A stretch of DNA of 30,793 nt, from positions 1 to 30,793 of the forward strand of contig JAWODX010000614.1 in assembly GCA_046483085.1 (NCBI GenBank). The letters are read 5' to 3'. The stretch is from Planctomycetota bacterium. GTDB lineage: Bacteria > Planctomycetota > PUPC01. Below the pieces are notes generated by a model that was not told the DNA's origin, did no database searches, and worked only from the letters and a program-made list of their open reading frames with translations. Made by a program: the position numbers and the translations under genes. Below are positions 25,337 to 30,793 of this stretch, piece after piece (position 1 is the first letter of the stretch; each line of letters opens with the position of its first letter).

Positions 25337-25864
25337 GTGACCTCCCCCGAACCCTCCTCCCCCGACCGGTCCGAGCCCGAGCGCCTGGCCGAATGGCTGG
25401 CCGAGGTGCTCCGGCCCTCGTCGGTGATCATCGGAATCGGGGACGAGCTTCGGGGCGACGACGGAGCGGGGGTCGCCGTCGCCCGCCGGCTGGCCGAGGC
25501 CGTCCCCTGGGCGGTCGTGGTCGGCGAAAACGCGCCCGAGAACTTCACCATGAAGATCGCCGCCCGCCAGCCGACCTCCGTCCTGCTGATCGACGCCCTC
25601 CACTTCGGCGGCCGCCCCGGCGGCGTCCGCGCCCTCGACCCGGCCCAGCTCGACGGCCGCGGCATCGGCACGCACGGACCCGGGCCCGACACCTTCCTCC
25701 GCGCCCTCCGCTCGCTCCACCCCTGCCGGCAGGTCGTGCTCGGCATCCAGCCGCTCGACACGAGCTTCGGCGAGGGCCTGACCGAGCCCGTCGCCGACGC
25801 TGTCGACGCCGTCGTCCGCGCATTCGAGCTCTGCGCCGAACGTCGTCGGCCCGGAGAGCGCTGA
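25337..25864 (+). CDS. hycI: Hydrogenase maturation endopeptidase (HycI family)
   Basis: 'IGIGDELRGDDGAG', 'GENAPENF', 'VLLIDA', 'GTHG', 'LGIQP...FGEGLTEPV'. Confidence 0.88.
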   Translation: MTSPEPSSPDRSEPERLAEWLAEVLRPSSVIIGIGDELRGDDGAGVAVARRLAEAVPWAVVVGENAPENFTMKIAARQPTSVLLIDALHFGGRPGGVRALDPAQLDGRGIGTHGPGPDTFLRALRSLHPCRQVVLGIQPLDTSFGEGLTEPVADAVDAVVRAFELCAERRRPGER

Positions 25865-25928
25865 CCGCGCCGTACCGCTCACCCTGACACCCCAGTTGGT
25901 ATTGTGATCGGCGGCGCGCGTTGCGAGA

Positions 25929-26161
25929 TCGTCGTCGTCCTCGTCGTCGTGCTCGTCGTCGGTCGGGCGGCCGCCCTGCCCGGAATGAGTAGGAACCGCA
26001 CGGGGCCGCCGGGTGAACGCGTGTCCTGATCCGAGGCCGAATCCGTGTGCACCGAACTGTGGTGCGGGGAGCCCGTACGTTGCCGTGTGCGCGGTTGTGC
26101 CTGCCGTGTGTGAGCCGATATCGAGAAGCCGAGGACGAGGAGGAGGACGAGGGCGAAACGA
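25929..26161. repeat. Imperfect inverted pair of (CTCGTC)n-type arms
   Basis: TCGTCGTCGTCCTCGTCGTCGTGCTCGTCGTCGG (25929-25962) versus CCGAGGACGAGGAGGAGGACGAGGGCGAAACGA (26129-26161). Confidence 0.6.
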
Positions 26162-26233
26162 CCTGAACCGCCTTTCGGGAGGCCGCGGCGGAATCCCCCC
26201 GTTCGCCGGATCGACCTCTGACACCCGGCCTGC

Positions 26234-26262
26234 TTGACAGGCACAGGCGGCGGGGCTATTCT
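26234..26262 (+). promoter_or_regulatory. sigma70 promoter of ndk
   Basis: TTGACA (26234-26239), 17-bp spacer, TATTCT (26257-26262); SD GGAGGA at 26278. Confidence 0.8.
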
Positions 26263-26288
26263 GTGCCCGACCTGACCGGAGGACGGGG

Positions 26289-26759
26289 TTGGAGAAGACA
26301 CTGGTCATCCTGAAGCCGGACTGTGTGGCCCGGCGGCTCGTCGGCAAGATCATTCAGCGGTTCGAGCAGAAAGGGCTGCAGATCGTCGGGATGAAGCTGA
26401 CGACGATCTCGCCGTCGCTCGCCCAGACGATGTACGCCGAACACGAGGGCGAGGAGTTCTACGAGCCGCTCATCCGGTTCATGACCGGCGGGCCGGTCGT
26501 CGTGATGTGCCTCCGGGGCAAGGGCGCCATCGGGATCGTGCGGGTTATGCTCGGCCCGACGTTCGGACCCGACGCGCCCGCGGGCACCATCCGCGGCGAC
26601 TTCGGCATGAGCAAACGGTACAACCTGGTGCACGGCTCGGACGGGCCCGAGAGCGCCGAACGCGAGCTCGCCCTCTTCTTCGAGCCGGGCGAACTGGTCG
26701 ACGGGCCCCAGCCTGATCTCGCCCACGTCTACGACACGACCGGGCCGGAGCTCGTCTGA
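26289..26759 (+). CDS. ndk: Nucleoside-diphosphate kinase (TTG start)
   Basis: 'EKTLVILKPD', 'RFEQKGL', 'GTIRGDFG', catalytic 'NLVHGSD...SAERELALFF'. Confidence 0.97.
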   Translation: MEKTLVILKPDCVARRLVGKIIQRFEQKGLQIVGMKLTTISPSLAQTMYAEHEGEEFYEPLIRFMTGGPVVVMCLRGKGAIGIVRVMLGPTFGPDAPAGTIRGDFGMSKRYNLVHGSDGPESAERELALFFEPGELVDGPQPDLAHVYDTTGPELV

Positions 26760-26849
26760 GCGGCCCGGTCGGCGGAAAGGCGCTCAGGCCGGAAACGGAC
26801 GGCCCGACGAGACCCTCGCCCCGGTCATCACAGTCAGAAGGATCAAGCG

Positions 26850-27905
26850 ATGAAGGCGATTCAACTGGTCGGCCGGGGGCAGATCGAGATCGGCGAGGTG
26901 CCCGACGTGCATCCGGGGCCCGGCGAAGTGGCGGTCGCGTCCGACTTCGTCGGGCTCTGCGGCACAGACCTCCACGTGGTCCTCGGCCAGTTCGAGGAGC
27001 GCGTCCCGTATCCTGCCGTCCTGGGGCACGAGTTCGGCGGGAAGATCGCCGAGCTCGGCGAGGGCGTAGATACGTTCGACGTGGGCGACGCGGTCGTCGT
27101 CGATCCCGTCTTTCCCTGTGGCGAGTGCCCGCTCTGCCAGGCGGGCCGCCACAATGTCTGCGTGGACGTGGACGTGCTCGGCATCGACTGCGCCGGCGCC
27201 ATGGCCGAGCGGGTGGTCGTCGATTCGGTGAACGTGCTGGCCCTGCCCCCGTCGGTCCCGGCGTCCAACGCCCCGATGGCCGAGCTGTACACGGTGGCGG
27301 TCCACTCGTCGCGGATCACGAGGATCGAGACGGGCGACGTGGTGGTGATCCTGGGCGCCGGGCGGCTCGGCCTGTCGCTGCTCGACGTGATGCGGCAGGG
27401 CCCCGCCGCGCAGATCATCGCCGTCGACGTGCTCGACAGTCGGCTCGAAGTGGCGAAGTCTCTCGGCGCCGACCTCGTCCTCAACGCGAACGACGTCGAC
27501 CCCGTCGCCGAGGTCATGGCGCGAACCGGCGACCTCGGCGTCGACAAGGTCGTCGAGGCGGTCGGCCACGCGGTCGAACTGCCCGGGCGCAAGCCGCCGA
27601 TGTACACCGCCTGCCAGATGATTCGGCCGGGCGGCCAGATCACCGCCATGGGTCAGGGCGGCCACGAGGAGCTCTTCTTCTGGAAACCGTTCGTGCTCAA
27701 GGAGGCGGCCATCGTCTCCTCCCGGCTCAACCTCGGCGACATGCCCCGGGCCGTCCGCATGATGGCCGACGGCCTGCTCCACCCCGATGAGATCATCACC
27801 CACGTCATCCGCCCGGACGAGGTCCAGCGCGGGTTCGAGATGATGGAGCAAGACCCGGGTACCGTCATCAAGGTCGTCGTCGACATGAGCACGCTCGGCG
27901 AGTGA
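26850..27905 (+). CDS. Zn-dependent medium-chain dehydrogenase (sorbitol/threonine dehydrogenase-like)
   Basis: 'GLCGTDLH', 'GHEFGG', structural Zn 'CGECPLC...NVC', Rossmann 'GAGRLG', acidic 'AVDVL' suggesting NAD+. Confidence 0.92.
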   Translation: MKAIQLVGRGQIEIGEVPDVHPGPGEVAVASDFVGLCGTDLHVVLGQFEERVPYPAVLGHEFGGKIAELGEGVDTFDVGDAVVVDPVFPCGECPLCQAGRHNVCVDVDVLGIDCAGAMAERVVVDSVNVLALPPSVPASNAPMAELYTVAVHSSRITRIETGDVVVILGAGRLGLSLLDVMRQGPAAQIIAVDVLDSRLEVAKSLGADLVLNANDVDPVAEVMARTGDLGVDKVVEAVGHAVELPGRKPPMYTACQMIRPGGQITAMGQGGHEELFFWKPFVLKEAAIVSSRLNLGDMPRAVRMMADGLLHPDEIITHVIRPDEVQRGFEMMEQDPGTVIKVVVDMSTLGE

Positions 27906-27914
27906 AGAACCTGT

Positions 27915-28046
27915 ACCATCAAGGACACGAACAAGGGAATCAGACACTGATCTGCACTGAGAAGAACTGATCCGGCCGCCTCTGGCGGCCATCAGTCCCA
28001 TCAGTGTGAATCAGCGTCTCATCCTTTTCTTCGTGTTCTTCGTCGT
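27915..28046. repeat. Nested inverted-repeat element
   Basis: Outer CACGAA-type arms (27915-27938 / 28022-28046); inner 3x10-bp CACTGAT arms (27942-27971 / 27991-28019); central GGCCGCC-TCT-GGCGGCC. Confidence 0.75.
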
Positions 28047-28067
28047 GAGATCAATACGGAGCGAGCC

Positions 28068-29225
28068 ATGACAAACCGTGAGCGGGCGATGGCCGTCCTG
28101 CACGGCGAGCCGGTCGACCGCCTGCCGCTCGTCCATTTCGGGTTCTGGCGCGGCGAGACGCTGCACAAGTGGGCGGCGGAGGGGCACGTCGGCGAGCACA
28201 TCGCCCGGGAGTGGTCGGACGGCAACCCGGCGGACCTCGAGGTGACCGAGCTGCTCGGGTTCGACTTCAACTGGCAGAGCGTCTTCCAGCCGGGCCGCGG
28301 GCCGCGCCCGGGGTTCGAGCCGGAGGTGGTGGCCGAGCTGCCCGACGGCTCGAAACACGTCCGCGACACCACCGGCGTGGTCACGCTCGAGCGGCCCGGC
28401 GCCGGCTCCATCCCCCCGCACGTCGACCACCTGCTCAAGGATCGGGCGTCGTGGGAGGAACACTACAGGCGGCGATACCAGTGGCACGAGGAGCGGGTCA
28501 CCAAGGCGATGGTCCGCGCCAGCGACGAGTTCCTCCGCTGGGACCACGGCGGGCTCGAGTTCCTCCAGCGCGACCAGCGCGACTATCCCTACGGCCTCCA
28601 CTGCGGCAGCTTGTACGGCGACATCCGGTCACTGCTCGGCCTGGAGGGCGCGTGCTACCTGCAGGTGGACGACCCGCCGCTCTTCGACGAGATCATCGAC
28701 ACGGTCGCCGACGTGTGTTACCGGAACGTCGAGTACGTGCTCGAGGCGGGGGCCCGGTTCGACTTCGGCCATTTCTGGGAGGACATCTGCTTCAAGAGCG
28801 GGCCGCTCATCCGGCCGGACGTCTTCGCCGAGAAGGTCGGGCCCCATTACCGCCGCATCACCGACCTGCTGAGCGAGCACGGGATCGACATCGTCTCGCT
28901 CGACTGCGACGGGAAGATCGACGCACTCGTACCCATCTGGCTCGAGAACGGGGTGAACACCATGTTCCCCATCGAGGTCGGCGTCTGGGGCGCGAGCATC
29001 GAGCCCTGGCGGCGGGAGTACGGCGAGGAGCTGCGCGGCGTCGGCGGCGTGGACAAACGGGTGTTCGCCCGGGACCGGGCGGCGGTCGACGCCGAGATCG
29101 AGCGCATCAAGCCGCTCGTCGGGCTCGGCCGATACCTCCCCTGCCCCGACCACCGGCTGGCGCCCGACGCCGAGTTCGAGCTCGTCCGCTACTACACCGG
29201 CCGGATGCGCGAGGAGTTCGGCTGA
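28068..29225 (+). CDS. Uroporphyrinogen decarboxylase (URO-D/CIMS-like) family protein of unknown substrate
   Basis: 'MTNRERAMAVL', 'GSLYGDIRSLLGLEG', 'FWEDICFKSGPLI', 'SLDCDG', 'GGVDKRV', 'YLPCPDH'. Confidence 0.85.
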   Translation: MTNRERAMAVLHGEPVDRLPLVHFGFWRGETLHKWAAEGHVGEHIAREWSDGNPADLEVTELLGFDFNWQSVFQPGRGPRPGFEPEVVAELPDGSKHVRDTTGVVTLERPGAGSIPPHVDHLLKDRASWEEHYRRRYQWHEERVTKAMVRASDEFLRWDHGGLEFLQRDQRDYPYGLHCGSLYGDIRSLLGLEGACYLQVDDPPLFDEIIDTVADVCYRNVEYVLEAGARFDFGHFWEDICFKSGPLIRPDVFAEKVGPHYRRITDLLSEHGIDIVSLDCDGKIDALVPIWLENGVNTMFPIEVGVWGASIEPWRREYGEELRGVGGVDKRVFARDRAAVDAEIERIKPLVGLGRYLPCPDHRLAPDAEFELVRYYTGRMREEFG

Positions 29226-29372
29226 ACCGGCACGCCACCAGGCCAGAACGCCCACAGGACCTGTGCGCGCACGGCTGACATCTTGGCGGGCGTTCCGCGT
29301 CCATTCTGTCACCCTGTTGCACAGGGTCCTGGCCGCCTCCCAGTTGCCTCGGATGACGGCGAGGAGGAACCC

Positions 29373-29555
29373 ATGCTCGCTGGGTTCGCCTTCCGAGGGC
29401 CTCTCTTCGCCGGGCTTCCCGGCCGACGGCTGCAGCAATTCCAGGGCCCGCTTCGGGCTGCGCACGGCAGGTTTCTCCTTGAAACCGGGGCCGGGCCGCG
29501 TACACTGTGGTTCCATCAGCCGGCCCGACGGACGATCGGCAGGTGCCCATTGTGA
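29373..29555 (+). CDS. Candidate 60-aa small protein
   Basis: Strong SD GAGGAGG 5 nt before ATG 29373; stop overlaps the GTG of the next gene (GTGA). No recognisable motif. Confidence 0.3.
   Translation: MLAGFAFRGPLFAGLPGRRLQQFQGPLRAAHGRFLLETGAGPRTLWFHQPARRTIGRCPL
29479..29506 (+). promoter_or_regulatory. sigma70-type promoter for the second mnhEFG module
   Basis: TTGAAA (29479-29484), 16-bp spacer, TACACT (29501-29506). Confidence 0.55.
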
Positions 29556-29917
29556 AGGCTGTGGCGTCGCACGCCGTCAAACTCCTCGCCCCGCTCCGCT
29601 ACGTCTGGGCGCTGTGCTTCCCCGCGCTCGTCGTCTATCACTGGCTGATCGCCGCGGCCCAGGTCGTGTATCTGACCCTGCATCCCGACCTGCCGGTGCG
29701 GCCGGAAGTGGTCCGGTTTCGCACCCGGCTGACGACGCGCGCGGCGAGGGCGCTCCTGGTGTGGGCCCTGCGGCTGACGCCGGGGACGTTCGCCGTGGAG
29801 GCGGACGGCCGGGACCTGCACGTGCATTGTCTGGTCGCCGGTCGCGCCGAGCGGTCGGCGGCGGTCGACCCGGTCTGCGGCCGGTTCGAGACCCTGCTGG
29901 AACGGATCATCGAGTAG
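29552..29917 (+). CDS. Divergent, N-terminally short MnhE/MbhA paralogue
   Basis: 'HPDLPVRPEVV', 'LTPGTFAVE', 'LHVHCL', and C-terminus 'CGRFETLLERIIE' versus 'CGRFEPLLRRIFE' in the operon copy. Confidence 0.8.
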   Translation: MKAVASHAVKLLAPLRYVWALCFPALVVYHWLIAAAQVVYLTLHPDLPVRPEVVRFRTRLTTRAARALLVWALRLTPGTFAVEADGRDLHVHCLVAGRAERSAAVDPVCGRFETLLERIIE

Positions 29918-29921
29918 AGCG

Positions 29922-30188
29922 ATGGCGTGGATAGCGTGGGCTATGTTCGGCGCCTGGCTCCTGGGCGTGTTGTTGTGCCTGTGGCGGGTGTGGATGGGTC
30001 CGGGCTGGGGCGACCGGGCGGCGGCGACGCTGGTCCTGGCCGTCGTCTGTCCGGTCTTCTTCGTCATTCCGTTCGGGGGCGAAGGGCTCGGCATCTGGCG
30101 GTGGGTCGTGGCGGCCTGGCCGCTGGTGGTCGTCGCGGTCTCGCTGGCCATCGTCTGGCCCGCGGGCGGGGAGGGCTCGGATGGCTGA
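29922..30188 (+). CDS. Divergent MnhF/MbhB paralogue
   Basis: 'LLCLWRVWMGPGWGDRAAA' versus 'FLCLYRIARGPTPPDRTVA'; size and position between E and G. Confidence 0.65.
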   Translation: MAWIAWAMFGAWLLGVLLCLWRVWMGPGWGDRAAATLVLAVVCPVFFVIPFGGEGLGIWRWVVAAWPLVVVAVSLAIVWPAGGEGSDG

Positions 30189-30468
30189 TTACGTCGCCTC
30201 GGTTCTGCTGCCGCTCGGCCTGTTCCTGAACCTCGTCGGCTGCCTGGCGGTGGTCCGTATGCCCGACGCGCTGAGCCGGCTGCACGCGGGGGTGAGGTGC
30301 ACGACGCTGGGGACGTGTCTGGTGCTGGCCGGGGTGCTCTTGTTCCGGGGGATGGTCGTCGGCGGACTCGCCGCGGGGGTCTCGATGGCGTTGTTGTGGG
30401 TGTTGACCCCGGTCGCCGCCGGCTGGCTCGCCCGCGCCATCCGTTCGGATGAAACCGATCCGGACTAG
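30181..30468 (+). CDS. Divergent MnhG/MbhC paralogue
   Basis: 'VGCLAVVRMPDALSRLHAGVRCTTLGTCLVLAGV', 'LTPVAAGWLARA'. Confidence 0.8.
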   Translation: MADYVASVLLPLGLFLNLVGCLAVVRMPDALSRLHAGVRCTTLGTCLVLAGVLLFRGMVVGGLAAGVSMALLWVLTPVAAGWLARAIRSDETDPD

Positions 30469-30478
30469 CCGGGTATTT

Positions 30479-30735
30479 CACCACGAAGAGCACGAAGGCC
30501 ACGAACACACTATCTCAATAGTGGGTGGGGCAGGCATTCCTGCCTGCCAGATGGCGGACAGGAATGTCCGCACCACCTTTTGAGATAATCTCGAACCTGT
30601 CCCGGGGCGGCGTCGCCCCAGGGCCTGCCATGTGCGGCCCCTCCGGGCCTGGAGAAGCGTCTGACGGTCCGTCTCCGGCTTCAGGGGAAGGACTGATGAT
30701 CGCCGTTCTTCGTGGTCTTCGTGTACTTCGTGGTG
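30479..30735. repeat. Nested repeat: CACGAAG x3 inverted arms enclosing TIR-flanked REP doublet copy 3
   Basis: CACCACGAAGAGCACGAAGGCCACGAA (30479-30505) / TTCGTGGTCTTCGTGTACTTCGTGGTG (30709-30735); TIRs ACTATCTCAA (30509-30518) / TTGAGATAAT (30580-30589); REP doublet 30525-30576. Confidence 0.85.
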
Positions 30736-30793
30736 TGTATGTTTTCAGACCTAGCCCAAGTTCGCCAGTTAGACTGCTAAAATGAGTCCAGAG

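Noticed and set aside
24479-26353. 624-aa minus ORF with an acidic DDEHDDEDDDD tract; also 26013-26237 plus ORF
   Set aside because: The tract is a translation of the (CTCGTC)n repeat arm; the rest overlaps real plus-strand genes or lacks coding features.
27942-28019. CRISPR-like or tRNA-like interpretation of the periodic repeats (also 30479-30735)
   Set aside because: Units are 9-10 bp, contiguous and inverted, with no unique spacers, no cas genes and no cloverleaf or T-loop motifs.
30525-30785. 86-aa ORF (and similar ORFs at 4233-4723)
   Set aside because: Translations of REP doublet DNA; the same 'MGQAFLPARWRTGMSA' peptide recurs only because the repeat does.
30740-30793. AT-richer terminal 50 bp as a possible IS end or promoter
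   Set aside because: Too little sequence at the window edge to support any call.

Overview
GC-rich bacterial DNA. The gene content (large secreted alpha-2-macroglobulin, HEAT-repeat and URO-D family proteins) suggests an anaerobic Planctomycetota/PVC-type organism; this is inference only. Left third: minus-strand envelope genes (alpha-2-macroglobulin running off the left edge, signal-peptide HEAT-repeat protein with a C-terminal anchor, Asp/Glu racemase, unknown lipoprotein), a metallo-beta-lactamase-fold hydrolase and an orphan 6-TM histidine kinase. Centre (11350-25864): a 17-gene, translationally coupled operon for a membrane-bound group 4 [NiFe]-hydrogenase with a full Mrp/Mnh antiporter set and its maturation protease. 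Its electron-input end is unusual: an AsrA/AsrB (HydB/HydG)-like NAD(P)H-flavin pair, a formate-dehydrogenase homologue lacking the Mo-ligand motif, and a HycB-like ferredoxin. It sits behind a clear sigma70 promoter with a Rex/CRP-like palindrome. Right: ndk, a Zn-dependent dehydrogenase, a URO-D family protein and a second, highly divergent stand-alone mnhEFG module. Intergenic gaps contain several families of palindromic or inverted repeats, some nested. No rRNA, tRNA, CRISPR array or transposase was recognised. All calls come from motif recognition by eye; no searches were run.
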